From the NCBI RefSeq assembly GCF_009914755.1, contig NC_060945.1: DNA of 64,000 bases; one strand, written 5' to 3'. This DNA comes from the human T2T-CHM13v2.0 reference genome, Homo sapiens. The notes below the pieces were generated by a model. It worked only from the letters and a program-made list of their open reading frames with translations. It ran no database searches and was not told the DNA's origin. Made by a program: the position numbers and the translations under genes. Below are positions 11,985-54,854 of this stretch, in pieces. How positions within the stretch are numbered: the stretch's first letter is position 1; each line of letters starts with the position of its first letter.

Positions 11985-12965
11985 TGTTGGGAGACAGTTC
12001 TCCATAAAGTTCTCACATTTCTGCACATCCTGTGAATAAGAAACTAACTATCCTTATGGCATAAGACCTAAACTTAAGGCACAATATTAAGTACTGCCTT
12101 GACATCTGGTGAAACAGAGAGGGCCTCAAGCAGCCTCACCAAAAGTTCCCCTCCCATCTCTACTCGTGGATAAGGTCCCCTAGCCAAACAACCCTCCCTA
12201 TCAAGGGGTCAGGCACTGTGCTTGCTTATCCGTGAGTAGCAGATTTCAGTTTTCTGCCAGCCCACAGAATTATTTAAACAAGCCAATTGCATCCTCCTGG
12301 GGGAACCACTAGCCACTACGCCCTCTTGATACTACAAAGCCTGCTTTCCGCAGCCTTTGCTTATTCACTCTGCTCCTGAATGCCACCTCTGTGTGGCTCC
12401 ACATGGCACAGTGTCCTCAGCCCCTGAGCTATAAGGATATGGGACTCACAAACTGCTATTGTTCTCACCTATGTTGTGTTGGGGTTGGCGTGTTCAGTCA
12501 TCCCATCATCCTAGGGTGAAATCCCTCCCTCACTAACGAAATGCATAGGAGGCAATTAAAACAGTTCTTTCTTCCAGACTATCTCTCCAAGGATGTTTGG
12601 GTCACAAACAATCTTGGAAAGTGGATAAAGTGTCTCCCTCTGAAGCAAAGAGCAGGCAAGCTCACTGTCCCTTATAAAACACTTGGATCCCTAAGTCCAG
12701 GGCTTCTCTCCTATAAGGCAACCCACTGTGTGTGCAGGTACCCATGTGAGCCCATTCCCGGTCCCAGTCCCTTGGGGGTCTTGGAGGCAAAGAGAACCAA
12801 CACAAGTAACCTTTCTTCATGCTGCTTGCTGTAGCATGAGTAATAAAGTCATTTATCTTTGAACCAGGAATCTCCTGTCTTCTGCCAGCAAACAGGAAAC
12901 TGGCAGACTCACCTGCTGGCTTGCACGTAGGATATAATAAGCTCAGCCCTTCCCACTTCTCGACA
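11985..12965 (+). mobile_element. ERVL-type solo LTR (LTR40-like) interrupted by a second LTR (MER54-like, about 12056-12565)
   Basis: Starts tgttgggagacagttctcc and resumes at ccagactatctctccaaggatgtttg. The insert contains gccttgacatctggtgaaac...ggataaggtcccctagccaaacaaccctc. Family names are from memory. Confidence 0.6.
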
Positions 12966-14401
12966 CTGATAGACTAGATCAGATGAAATGTAGAAAATTC
13001 TTCCAATACTTGCCTTTAGCTTCACTGAGTCCCCTTGTAGCACGTGCATGTGTGGGCATGTATGGTTTGGTCTAATTTAGTCTGTTTGCTACCTCAAAAA
13101 TGTCCAGCTCAGGGCACTGTTAAGAGCTGAAAAGAACAAGTCAGAAATCCTTTAAAAATAATACTATTTATTCTTGTGTTACCAACTGGTGTCTTCTGTC
13201 TACTTGGACCTTTAAGTCAGGGAACCCCTTCTTCCTAATGGCCATCCCTTCCTTCTGGTAAGTTACAAGGACTGGGATTTGCCAGGTGTGTGTCTCTTTC
13301 TTATGAGCTGATGTTTCCTATCAGACTCATAAAAATTAAATATTGCAACAAACCACCCCTCCCTCTACTTGCAAAGAAAGGTGAGGGAGTTTTCTTAAGT
13401 TAACGATATCTTTCCCAGTGACCCTACAAATATGAACTTAAGCCACAGCTTGCCTTCGAGAATTAGTTCCTGGTCTGACCTTTAGTTCAATAAATGCCCT
13501 GAACAGAACCCTGTTGTGTAGGAAATTATCTAGAAGCAACTGTGGCCTCCGAGTACATAGCCAGTGGCAGAACAGAGGTGTGCATAGACCAAATTAAGGT
13601 GTGAAACCTGCTATTTATTAAATCGATTGACAGCACGTAGTGAAAAATGAAGGGAAAGAGAAGGTGAACACCTCATACAGGTGTGGGAGGGTAGAAGGAC
13701 CACATGCCTGAATTCTGGCCACGAGGAACTCACGCATCCTCTCCGTCTCTCCACCTTCTCCACCAGGGTCATAGTAATGGACATCTCAGCTGGGGACCAG
13801 GAGGTGGAGGGAGCCTGGGGCTAACACATGCTCTTGCTTTGTCTAAGAGATTCTGGGGGAGGGCTTGTGAGCTCAGCTGCAGCCCCGCACGATCCACAGA
13901 GCAGCCCATGTTTACTGCGCATTTCCGGGGCCAAGCGCAGGGTGGGTGGTCACCGTGAGCTGCTGGTTCAGGGCTGAAGGAGTTGTCAGCCTAGAGCACA
14001 CCATCGGTTCCCTGTGATGCGGCCTTCTCATCCTTTTCTCTCCCTAATGACGTTCTTGTTGGTTCCATCCTTCTCATCACACAGCATATCTCACAGAAGA
14101 CCACTCTTTCACTGTCCACCTTGAATACTCCTTATGAATGTGTGCCCCCATATGCACCTGACATACCTCCAGTTTCCCAAAATCCACTTTGTTTTCTTGC
14201 CTCCCACAGCAGAATTGCCTTATCTCACACAGTGGTGACAGCACTCTGTAATAATCTGCATGGGCCAGGGCTCCTTGGTTGCAGGTAACAGATACCACTG
14301 TTACGGCCCAACTCTGTTCTTCTATGTTGAAGCCGGAACCCCCAGCGCCTCAGAATGGGATCACATCTGGAGAAGGCGCCTTTAAAGAGGTGATTAAAAT
14401 T

Positions 14402-15210
<809 letters not shown>

Positions 15211-15423
15211 AGTTAAAATGGGGTTGTTAGGGTGGGCCCTAATCCGACCTGACTGGTGTCCTTATGAGAAGAGGACATTTGGACACACAGACCCCAGACA
15301 CACAGACAGACAAGCATGGGAAGAGGCAGCACAAGGGTGCTGCTTGCAAGCCAAGGAGCAGCTTACAAGAAAAGTGTAAACTGACATGTAACTCCATTGA
15401 GCAGATCTGAAGTGGAAGGGTGC

Positions 15424-15635
15424 TTTTTATTTTTTTTTTTAAGACAGTGTCTCACTCTGTCGCCCAGGCTGGAGTGCAGTAGCACAGTCTCGACTCACTG
15501 CAGCCTCCACCTCCTGGGCTCAAGAAATCCTTCCACTTCAGCCTCCCTAGTAACTGGGACTACAGGCATGTACCACACACTCAGCGAGTTTTTGTATTTT
15601 TAGTAGAAACAGAGTTTTGCCCTGTTGCCCAGGCT
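15424..15635 (-). mobile_element. Alu (AluJ-like), partial
   Basis: Antisense Alu right arm and linker. Confidence 0.85.
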
Positions 15636-17440
15636 CCACTGAGTGGAGGCCCAGGGAAACCACAGGAAGGCAGTGACCCACCTTGTTAACTGGCTCTGCC
15701 TACAGTCCTTGGTGAGAGCGGTTGTTCCTGGCCATCGTGGCTGGGCCATAGGCTCACTGCTCTGTGGTAGATGGAAGATATGGGCCTTGGTAATATACTG
15801 AAATGCCACAGGAAACCAAACCAGAAGTGATTTAACCCACAAGCACACTTAGGTTTATTTAACATGATGTCTCAAGGTGGGTGGGGGGCTCAAATCAGTA
15901 GCTCAGGGTTATTAAGGCTCTAGGTCTTGGGCCTTACCTCATTATTACATAATGGCTGCCTGCAACACCACATCACACCCACCTTCCACAACACCCAAAG
16001 GCAGGCTGCAAGGGCTGGCCTAGGAAGCCAGAGGGCGCTCTTCATTCATCAAGGGAGAAGCCTGCCCCACCTTCAAGGAGATGCCCCCTATGTCTCATGG
16101 GCCACATAGAATTGCACGGCCACTTCTGGCTAAAAGAGGGGCTGGGAAAGTGAATTCTTTCTCCCCCTTCCTTCGTAGAGTGCAAGTTAGGTAAGAAAGA
16201 ACGGATGGTGGACAGCCAGGAAACAGTCAGCTACGAGATGTTGTGTGGAAAGCCCACCTTTCTGACACTGGAGAACTGTGGGAAGAACGGACAGGCCACA
16301 CACCAGCTGGGCTCTGAGAACCCCCAGCTTCTGCTCCACAGTGAGCCAGCAGGAATCCAAAGGGCATGGGCAGACCCCAGGGGCTCCTTCACCCCACCCA
16401 GGGGTAGAGAGGGCAAGACGGAGTAGAGCGAGGTAAGAGACTGAGCAATGCGTTCCCAAAGACTGTGACTGACAGAAGCTGTGCAAATTATTATGACAAA
16501 CTGAATTTTAAGAGGAATTGGACTAAATAAAGTTAGCTCATTTTTACCTGTAATTAGCAGACAGAGAGTGTAAGATCAGACATACCATAGATGGAAAAGA
16601 AAAGCTAAAACTTCCTTGCACATCTGAGAGGTAAGAGGAGGTGTCTGTGGCCCCCCTGACACATACGTGACATATGTATTATTACGGCTCATGTGTGTGC
16701 TGCTGTGTGCAGGGGGCAGGGGGCTTCCCGTTCCTGATGGTTCTTCTTGGTGGGTGTCTCCCGGCCTCTCAGGCCTCTTTATCTGCTGAACGTGGTAGCC
16801 AAGGGTTTGGGAATGATTTGCCAGACTGGTTAATGTGGAAAGAGCTGGCCCCGCTCAGTTCTGCACCTCCCTCTTCCTCCCTGGAACCGTCTGGCTGCAG
16901 AGAGCAGGAGCTTTCCAGAGCTCCCGGGGGATCCCATCTCCAGTATAACTGTGCAACGTGTGCCCAGCACAAGAGCACCAGATGGAGGGACAGGTGGGAG
17001 GAGGAGGAACCCAGGGTGCATTTAGCTTGGGGCTTGCTGAGCTGAGGTCCCCAGAGCAAGGACGACTAGGTTGGGGGGACACCCTCTCCCAATCCTTGCC
17101 AAGCTACAGAGGGGCCAGTGGGAATAAAGTGACATTTTGGCTTCTGTATCCCTCCTCTGCTGTTCTATTTTCTAGTTCGTTCAGATCTGAGGTTGGGGAG
17201 GGGTTTTCCTGGAGGGGTCAGTCCATGCCACCCTCTGCAATTTTTATTACACATGCTTTCAGACATTCTGCTACAGGTTTCATCTCCTACGCCAATTTCT
17301 ATTTGGGAAAGCAAATAAACGGAAAGCTAACTTGTGTCACTTGGTCGCTGGGGCATCCGCAGTGAGTAGTTAAGAAATGCCAGGGGAGTCGGTGTCCATT
17401 TTCATGCCTGGACAAGAGTGCGTCTTGGACTTGCGTCCTG

Positions 17441-17580
17441 CTGCACACCCCACCGTCCCGCTGCACACCCCACCGTCCTACTGCACACCCCACTGTCCTA
17501 CTGTACACCCCACCGTCCTACTGCACACCCCACTGTCCTACTGCACACCCCACTGTCCTACTGTACACCCCACCATCCCT
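17441..17580. repeat. 20-bp minisatellite (ctgcacaccccaccgtccta) x7, just downstream of TFF1
   Basis: Seven exactly phased 20-bp units. Confidence 0.95.
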
Positions 17581-17743
17581 GCTTTCTGCACTCAGCTGCC
17601 CACTTGTATCCCAGCTCAGGAAGCCCAGAAGATGCAGAACCTCTGCGAGAGCCCAGGGTGAAACGCTGCGCTTCACTTTCAAAGAAAGGAAAATCATTCA
17701 TATTCTTTAAAAGAATGAACAGCACAGATTAATATCGATCTCT

Positions 17744-17749
17744 TTTAAT
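17744..17749 (-). terminator. TFF1: TFF1 polyadenylation signal ATTAAA
   Basis: tttaat on + strand, about 180 nt after the stop codon. Confidence 0.75.
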
Positions 17750-17925
17750 TTTTAGGCCAATTTTGAGTAGTCAAAGTCAGAGCAGTCAATCTGTGTTGTG
17801 AGCCGAGGCACAGCTGCAGAAGCGTGTCTGAGGTGTCCGGTGGAGGTGGCAGCCGAGCTCTGGGACTAATCACCGTGCTGGGGACGGCACCGCGTCAGGA
17901 TGCAGGCAGATCCCTGCAGAAGTGT

Positions 17926-21942
<4,017 letters not shown>

Positions 21943-22004
21943 TGCCTCCTCTCTGCTCCAAAGGCGACCCCGAGTCAGGGATGAGAGGCCGCCCGAGCCC
22001 CGGA

Positions 22005-22046
22005 TTTTATAGGGCAGGCTCTGTTTGCTTAAAGAGCGTTAGATAA
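22005..22046 (-). promoter_or_regulatory. TFF1: TFF1 core promoter: TATA box, FOXA site and GATA site
   Basis: TATAAAA (22011-22005), TGTTTGCTTA (22022-22031), AGATAA (22041-22046); TSS at about 21982. Confidence 0.88.
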
Positions 22047-22313
22047 CATTTGCCTAAGGAGGCCCGGGGATCCTCTGAGACAATAATCTCCACTGATTTT
22101 TATCAAAGGTGTTTCCTAGACATGGTCAAGCTACATGGAAGGATTTGCTGATAGACAGAGACGACATGTGGTGAGGTCATCTTGGCTGAGGGATCTGAGA
22201 TTCAGAAAGTCCCTCTTTCCCATGGGAGTCTCCTCCAACCTGACCTTAATCCAGGTCCTACTCATATCTGAGAGGCCCTCCCGCCAGGGTAAATACTGTA
22301 CTCACTGCAGAAG

Positions 22314-22320
22314 TGATTCA
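22314..22320 (-). promoter_or_regulatory. TFF1: TFF1 AP-1-like site TGAATCA (-338/-332)
   Basis: tgattca on +; position matches the classical pS2 TRE. An extended half-site TTAAGGTCA (ERR/ROR type) lies at 22241-22249. Confidence 0.75.
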
Positions 22321-22374
22321 TAGTGAGAGATGGCCGGAAAAAGGCTTGGCCGTGACAACAGTGGCTCACGGGGT

Positions 22375-22387
22375 GGCCACCGTGACC
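22375..22387 (-). promoter_or_regulatory. TFF1: TFF1 (pS2) imperfect estrogen response element GGTCAcggTGGCC (-405/-393)
   Basis: Exact classical pS2 ERE sequence, at the expected distance from the TSS at about 21982. Confidence 0.95.
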
Positions 22388-22480
22388 TTGCAGGGGGAAG
22401 GGAAGGAGCTCATGAAGCCCATTCCGTCTAGGCCTAAGCTAATTCTTTTACAGTGGAATTGTTTTAATAATGAAATTGTA

Positions 22481-22752
22481 GGCCTGGCGCAGTGGCTCAC
22501 GCCTGTAATCCCAACACTTTGGGAGGCCAAAGCAGGCGGATCACTTAAAGTCAGGAGTTTGAGACTAGCCTGGCCAACATGGCGAAACCCCGTCTCTACA
22601 AAAAAAAAAAATACAAAAATTAGCCAGGCATGGTGGCGGGTGCCTGTAATCCTAGCTACTCTGGAGGTTAAGTCAGGAGAATCACTTGAACCTGGGAGGC
22701 GGAGGTTGCAGTGAGTCGAGATCACCCTACTGCACTCCAGCCTGAGCGACAG
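22481..22752 (+). mobile_element. Alu (AluS), about 500 bp upstream of the TFF1 TSS
   Basis: Alu consensus lacking a tail. Confidence 0.92.
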
Positions 22753-23901
22753 ATTAAGTCTCCTTCTGGGAGGAGCTGGGGGCAGGAGGGAGAAAAAAAT
22801 AGTATATACGAGCTGCCATCAAAAACTGACAAAGTGAACGTGGTTCACTCCCCTGTGTCTATGGGGCTCCCTCCCTCCCCCTCCCACACCTTCCCAGTTA
22901 GTCCCCTGGACTCCTGTATTTTAGAGGACAGCCTCCTGCTCTCCTGTACCATGCCTCACTCCCCTCCCCTGCTCGGAGCTTTCTCTTTCATAGCTCTTAT
23001 TACCTCCTGGTGGATAAAACAAGTGACTGACACATTATGTTGGTTATTTATTCATTGCACTCCTCCCTGCAGCAGACGGGAGGGCGCATGGGAGCAGAAG
23101 TCCTCATCTCCTAGTGCCTTGAGGTGGCCCCAGACCCTAGAACAGTGGCTTTGATTGGCATTCGAGAAACAGCTGTTGAAGAGCTGCATGAAGAAATGGA
23201 CAACAGGAGAAATCTTTTCTTCTTCAGTGAGAAATTAGGCCCTGAGGAAAATGCATGCTAGCCTAACAAAGGTACTATCTTTTCTTGGGTGACCTAGTCA
23301 GTACATTTCTGCAGCCCCTCTGGGAGGGGAGCCTGGGCCAGAATGGGGGCGGCCATGTTCCTCTTCGCTCCATCCCAGGACCCAGCCCCTCCTCCAGGGC
23401 TGCCACTCCTGCACCGGGGTCTCCACTCCTGGGCCAGGGTCTCCAGGAGGGGCCTGACCGCAGGACCCAGGGAGGGGCCGAGGCCTGGTGTCCTCTGTGG
23501 TCAGCTTAAGTTTATTGAAAACAGGACGGGGGCACCAGGCCCAGGGTGGTGCTCATAGTGACGGTGGTTTTCGCTGCTCTAATTTCTCGGATCAAAATGG
23601 GGGCTCTTGGAAATGGGATGTAAATTGCACAATCATTTGGAGAAAAGGTGGGCAGTGTTCGGTGAGGTTTAAGCCATACAGATTTTACAGCTCAGCAAAT
23701 TCTTCTGTTTCCAGGCCTGGTCTCTTAATCCCAGAAACATGTTCATACTTGGGCAGAAGAAAACACAGGCAAAGATATTCTTTTTAGCATTGTTTGTAAC
23801 AGCTGGAAACAGGGAAAGAAGGAAGGAAGGAAAGGAGGGAAAGAAAAGCAAAATAAATATTCATTAACCAGGGAAAGGGAAAATGAACTTAAAATACAAT
23901 G

Positions 23902-24540
<639 letters not shown>

Positions 24541-26254
24541 CATACATGTATTATACTTTACATATATTATATATGTATGTATGTGAGTATCTTTCAGAAG
24601 ATGAAAATGAATAAATAATGAGAAATATTGAAAACAAAGCGAAGTGAAAAAATCCGTTAAAATGGTTTGTAAAGTAGGATATCATTTATAATGTAGATTT
24701 CCAAACTATGTGAAACAATGTGATATACTGTTGGAACTGCATCCAGATGAACAAAATGATGACAGTGTAGACAGGAACGAGACACTGACTTCAGCATGAT
24801 GGGTCTGTCTAGGAAGGAGGAAGCAGGAAAAGGCGGCGGGGTAGGGCGCAAAGGGGCCTTCGATGTCTCCGTAATGTTTTCTTTTGTTGAAGAAAATCTG
24901 AGGGAAATAAGGTAAAAAGGTTAGCATCCATTAATGAGGGGCAGCGTAGATTCACGGATGTTGTTCTAGCATTCTGTACATGTTTGCAATTGCTTTCTTG
25001 GAAAGCCCAGCTCCTATCTCCTTGGGAGAGCTGTGAGATAACTACCAAGTGCCGGAGTTTGGCCTCCCACATTAGGGTTGGAGCGGCTGGAGCTGCCCCC
25101 GGGACTCTCTGTTTCTCGGGACAAGAGCTTTATCCCTGTGAGAGTGGGCGGAACCCAAGACCACACCATACATAACCTTATCCATAAAAACTTGTTGAAG
25201 ACAATTCCAGTGTGGCGAGGGAGAGAATGCAGAGGCGAGCGCCAGTCCATCATCAGTGGGGGACCCTGTGCCAGCATTTTCACAGCTCTGGGTCTTAGTT
25301 TTCTTATCTGAAAGACGCAGTGGCTGGGCCACAGGACATCTGAAGACTCCGCACCTCAGACCCTCTCCGGCAGGCATCTATGGCCGTGGGGGCGTCTGTG
25401 GCTGTGCAGGCATTGCTTGTTTCCTGCGCCCAGCCGACCTCCCTGCGGTCTGGCGAGAGCCCCTCATTTTCAGTGGGGGGCCCCGCAGCCGCCCAGATTC
25501 CCCACAAGGGGGACGCGCAGTTGGGGAGTCAGTCTCCTCCTGACGCTCCCCACCTGCCCGCTGCCCCTGACCTGTGCCTTGGCAGGAGGGGGTTCTGTAG
25601 GTGGCCCTGGAGGGAGGGAGGAGTTTGGGAGGAAGTGGATCCAGGGCTCTCCTCCAGGATCCCTCCTGGGATCACCTGGGACAGGCCACGTCCCCCTCTC
25701 AGCCACAGCCCAGGTGGGCGTCCTCTCCACACACCATCTTCCCCAGGCCCCAGAGCAGACCCCTCACCCCCCTGCCCCAGCCTGGGGGGTTTACCAGCCG
25801 CAAGGAGACTTTTACAGTCTTCACTCTCCTCGCATTGCCCAGATCCGCTGTGGTGAAGCCCGTTTCCTGCCAGGCCTCTGGTCAAAAAAGCAACTGCCAC
25901 CCCAGGGACCCTTTACAAGGACACCCAGCTGAGGCCCTGGGGTTGGGGTCCTCAGGTATTGGAGGAGGCAGGTACTTTCCTGGCCAGGGAACTTGAGGCA
26001 CAGACCCACAGCATGGAGCGGGACCACATTCCTCAAATTAACCCAGAAGGAGAGGGGAATGATTGGAGTGTGAGGCCAGGCTCCTCCAGGGAGAGTGGCT
26101 GAGGCGCTATGCTTCCATGGTGACAGTAGGGCGGTAACCTCGTCAGGTTAGCCAGCTTCTTCCAGAGCCACACACACCCAGAAAGGGAAGAGGAGATCCA
26201 GGACTGAGCATGGACGCAGGACGATCAGAAAGGCGTCCTTGGTGGTACACCCTC

Positions 26255-27165
26255 CAGACACCATCCACTCCCTCCGGACACCGCTCACACCCTCCAGCCA
26301 CCGCCAACTCCTTCTGGCCACCAATCACACCCTCCGGTCACTGCTCAGTCCCTCCAGTCAGGGATCACTCCCTCCAACGACCACTCACACCCTCCAGCCA
26401 CTGCTCACACACTACAGCCACCACTCCAACCCTCCGTTCAGGTCTTACATCCTGTGGCCACTGCTCATTCCCTCCAGTCACCACCCACACCCTCCAGCCA
26501 CTGCCCACACCCTCCAGCCACCGCTCAAACCCTCCGTCCAGGTCCCATATCTGATCACTGCTCACTCCCTCCGGCCACAGCCCACACCCTTCAGCCACCA
26601 CTCACACCCTCTGGCCACCACTCACTCCCTCAAGCCACCGCTTACTCCCTCTGACCACCCCTCACACCATCTGGCCATTGCTCACACCTTCCTGCCACTG
26701 GCCACTCCCTCCAGCCAGAGCTCACTCCCTCCGGCCACACCCTTCGGGTGCCACTCAAAACCTCCGGCCATGGCTCACACCGTCCAGCCACCGCTCATAC
26801 CATCCAGTCACCACTTATGCTCTCTGGCCACCGTGCACTCCCTCTGACCACCACTCACACTCTCCGGCCACTGCTCACACACTACTGCCACCACTGAGAC
26901 CCTCCATCCAGGTCTCACACCCTCCAGCCACCACTCACTTCCTCCGGACACCACTCACACACTGTGGCCACCACTCAGACCCTCCATCCAGGTCTCACAC
27001 CCTCCGGCCACTGCTAACTCCCTCTGTACAGGGCTCACTCCCTCCGGCCACCACTCACACCCTCTGGCCACCACTCACTCCCTCCGGCCACCGCTCACAC
27101 CCTCCGGCCACCGCTCACTCCCTCCGGCCACTGCTCACTCCCTCCGGCCACCGCTCACACCCACT
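26255..27165. repeat. 20-bp minisatellite (ccactcacaccctccggcca)n, about 45 degenerate units, between the TMPRSS3 3' end and the TFF1 promoter
   Basis: Directly visible; most homogeneous at 27030-27160. Confidence 0.93.
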
Positions 27166-27744
27166 ACTTTGCCTGGCCTTGCTCTACTTTTGAGTTCTGT
27201 GTATGACACGAGCTGATGCTGATCTGCTGAGCAACCTGTTCCGACAGAAGAATGCCAAGTCCACAACGCACACAGGAGAGATGACAGTAATGGAGCCCCT
27301 GGAATTCAGTGGATGATTTTGATTCACGTCACCAGTCCACGCAGACACGCCAGACAATGAGGGAAGGAAACATATTATTTGGAATCAAAGGACAATAATA
27401 CGTCAAGCACCAAATGCTACAAAGAAATCATGAAAATAGGCCTTAAACGAGTCATTCCTAGATTAACCTCCCCACATGTGAAAATAAGTCTTGGAAGTAG
27501 AAAGGGTGGGTTTGGTTCTGGTCCCTAGAGATGAAAACGTGCAGTGACTGCAGTTCTGCACTTCTGGGCTGGTGCGTCTTTTCTGAGTGGCTGTTGGTGG
27601 CTTTGCACGTGAGGTCACATAACTGCTTATCTCGTCAGGAATTTTGCAAGACCCTGGAGAGAAAACCAGATGGACCAGTGGGAAAGGCCGCCCTTGCAAG
27701 TTGCTGCTTCTTTTGTTCTTAGTGAAGATCAGAAAGGAGCGTGA

Positions 27745-28115
<371 letters not shown>

Positions 28116-28228
28116 TCAGAGCTCCAAGGGTGTCTGCTCGTGTGCAGGTTCCTACACGGGAGTCCAGGGGAGGATCGGGCTGTCTTCATCACCTCAGGAA
28201 CTCAGGTGGCTACTTGTCCCCTTCCTCT

Positions 28229-51353
<23,125 letters not shown>

Positions 51354-51511
51354 TTAGAAGTTGCCATATTGCTATTGTTCAGAAGATAAATTACTCTCAA
51401 AGCCCTTTCCATTGCTTTTTTGCGATTGTTTTCACCTGTCCCACATAAACGCAATTCTTTCCCTGTGCGTGTGGTACACCTACCATAAGCATAAGTAGTT
51501 TCGGTACTCAC

Positions 51512-51661
51512 ATAATTCCCGAGTCCCAAAAATGTAGATGGCACCACGGAAGAGATAGTAGGCCACAGTGTTACTGGCTTCCCATAAACACAGCCCTTTC
51601 CTGGCTCACACGGGCATGACCTAATTAAGAACGAAAGTACCCGAGCCGTCCGGTGCCCGGT
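51512..51661 (-). other. TMPRSS3: TMPRSS3 exon 1 (5' UTR in the main isoform; start approximate)
   Basis: Donor GGGAATTAT|gtgagt at 51512; splices to the exon 2 acceptor ctaag|GAG at 51038 (c.-51). The 5' end is from recollection of the mRNA. Confidence 0.8.
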
Positions 51662-54600
51662 CCTTCCCCCACATAGCAAAGTGGGGAGTGGCTTTGGACC
51701 AACGGCTTGCATCAAAATAACCCCGGGGCTGTGTTTCCTACGAAAGAATTCCACCTATCACAATGCCAAGGAGACCAGAGACCTTTCTAAGTCATTCCCT
51801 GTAACTCTGAGAGGGCGGAGGAAGCAGGGAAATAGCAGAAGATTCCCAATTAAATTCTAGTTCCCTCTCCCAGATATCAGGCATGGCTGCTCTGGGAACC
51901 TGCTTCCTCCAAGGGCTAAAATCCACAGGGGCTCCAGCAGGCACATCAGCACAGACACTCAGATCATCCGCTTTCATTCCCTTTGTGACTACCTGTTGTA
52001 ACGTTTGAAATTCCAAAGGAATCTAGTAAGCCATTTGAAGCAACCCGTGTTTCCCAAGATCATAGTAAAATCTAAACAAGAGTTCTGTGCCAAAAATGTT
52101 CATTTCATTTCTATCGCAAGAAGAGCTTGAAAGAGTAACTTAGAAAAGCAAGAAGTTCATGTTGGGCCATTTTCTGGCTTTCATTCTTGCTGATACCTCT
52201 GTTTATTATCAGCATGTAGCAAATTACATCGTTTATCCATATAAAAAGAATAAGTGGGCAAATGGCTTCTGAAAGATGGAACCTGGGTGAGAACATCCCC
52301 TCCCAAACAGGCTGTGGTTGGCAAGCTGTACAACACTGAGAAGTGTTGAGAAGCATCTTCTCTCCTCACACCCATTTTACTCACCATTTCTGGAGCTGCC
52401 ATCATTAAAAGCAGAAATAATTTCCTTTTTCATTATAAAAACAAGTGTGATGGTAAGCAGGCCGCCAACAGGTTAGTCCAATCGGGGAATATTTTCCCCA
52501 AGTCACTCAGCCTTGTCGACTCAATCATCGCAGCAAATGGCATTATCGCGGGCATCTGTGTAACCCAAGCTGCCGTGGGCCTATCAAATAGCCCTTGGTG
52601 GTATGGCTGCAGAGACCAGGGAGGGAAAAATGTGGCTTCCCTTTAATTAGTCAGTAAGGTGAGCAAACCTTTTCAGAAGCTTTGCATCAGGGAGTGATCG
52701 GAACACAGCCGCTCCTTTTACTTGAAAGAAGGGGTAGGCTCTGCCCAGTGCTGAGCATGTGACCGTCAAGAGGGCAGACATACTCTCTGGTGGGGGTTTC
52801 TGTCCCTCCCTGTAACTGAGCCCCCAAGTTCAATTCTGCAGCTACTCCTGCAGACAAAAGATGGGGAGCCTGAAGATGCTCATCACAGCCTGCGCTCCAC
52901 AAAAGACACGTCATGTTTCCTTCCTCGGAGGCCTCTGCATCCCAAGAGGCTTCTGCACACAGCACTGCTTAAAGGGGTTTAACCGCTGCTGTGGGGACCA
53001 GAGCGCTGAGCATCTTTGAAGGGCTGAATTTACCATTGTGGATGGCAACTCGCAAATCCATGCATTTATTCAGCAAATATTTAGCAAGCATCTGCCATGG
53101 GCCAGACTCTAGACACAGTGCAGCCAGCAAGAAAAACAAAGTGCTCCCATGGGGCCCCAGATGTTAAGCGCTAGGAAGAGATTAGGCCGGGGAGGGTCTG
53201 AGAGAGATGAGGGCAGAGTGGTACAGGACAGCCTCTAGGGAGAGTGTTGTTTCAGCAGGGACCTTGATGATGTTTTAGTAGAGACCTTGGTGACCAGTGA
53301 AGTGAGTCTTGTGAAATTCCTCCAAGGAGGGCGACCACCAGCTCCAAAGCCTGGAATAGGGGCCACGCTGGAGTGTTTGAGGAACCCCAAGAGGGGCCGT
53401 GAGCCTAGAAAGCAGGGAACAGGGAATAGCCGATGGCAGATCCCAAGGCCCAGGGGCATGGGAAGGGCTCTGGTTTGCCTTTGATGTGTGGAAAGCCTTG
53501 GGCGATCTCAATGGGGCAAATTTGGGTTGACAGGCAGGGCATAGAGTGGGGTAAGGATGGGGGGACACAAGGACAGCCACAAGGAGGCTGCACCTCATGG
53601 GCCACAAGGGCCATGACTCGGCACGAGTGGTGATGACGGTGAGGACTGGCTGCCTGAGGTTGATTTTGAAGGCAGAATTGGCAGGATGTGCTGACGGCAA
53701 ACGCCTGAGAGATGCGTCCAGGCAGTCCTTGATTAAGACAGTCTTACTTTCTCCGTCCCAGTAGGTACCTGCCCACACACCTGTCAGTGCCTTTGGGTGT
53801 GATCTATGGTCTCCTTCAAGCTCACACATCTCTCCTTCACCTATTTCCTGACTACTCTTTCTGGTCCCTCAACGAATGTTTGCCCTCAAAGGCAATGACA
53901 GGAAATTTAACATGTCATTCTTTCTTTGCTTTTACCTGTGTGTTATAGGAGATGCTCCCCGCTGGAGTACAGCTCTGGCGGGACAGAGTCTGGAATGCAC
54001 TTTCACTCCTAAGACCCCGCCGTGCCCAGCACAGCCATGTGTGTGTGACAGGGGCTCTGTCTGCATAGAAGAGCTGATCATAAACCCTGGGGGGACAAAT
54101 AACACCAAATCGACATGCAATAACCAACTACGAGGGCATGTTAACACGTGTGTCAGATGTAGGTCAAAGGTCAAGCCAGCTCCCCACGGGGTAGCAGGGA
54201 GAGGCCCTACAAGGGTGGCTGGTCTTCCTTGCTGTAAAATATCCTCTCAGGAAGTTTACCGACAAATCAATTCCACTGAGCTCAAACTAAAATTTTGAGG
54301 AACCAAACAAATAAGCTTATCTGGGGCCCAGCGCGTGATAGTTACGCAGCCAGTGCCATGAGCAGACTTGGTTTCAGGGCATGAGCGCCTTATCCTATCC
54401 TGATGTCTCCTGGGAGCCCCATGAAGCTTTAGTAACGATTTGCAAACAGCTTGAGTTACAGGCACATTCTCTTCAGTAAGTGAGGGAGGAAACTGGTAGA
54501 CTCTTCCCTGATGGGCTTGGAAGATAACTTTTCAAGTTAGGAAGGCAGGATGAAGCTAGATGTAGGCATCTTCTGGCCTACACAAATAAGATTTTTTTAA

Positions 54601-54854
54601 GAGAAATGCATAGAAGCATTTTTCATTTTAATATGTTATAAACATAACACAATTGCTCAAAACAGGGTTTATTATTTAGAAGAGAAAAATATACTTGAGT
54701 AGAGACTATATTTCATACCCAAATCTACTTTTTCCCTCTGGGTCACAAGCTTTCTCTATTTGCAGACTTTCAAATTCAAGATAAATCATTTGATTGTGGA
54801 ATTATTTCATCTTTTGAATTCCTCAAAGAAAAAGGATAATGAAGTGTGTGGACA

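Noticed and set aside
26210-27193. Several 114-202 aa Pro/His/Thr-rich, mucin-like ORFs
   Set aside because: Translations of the 20-bp minisatellite in shifting frames; no signal peptide or exon structure.
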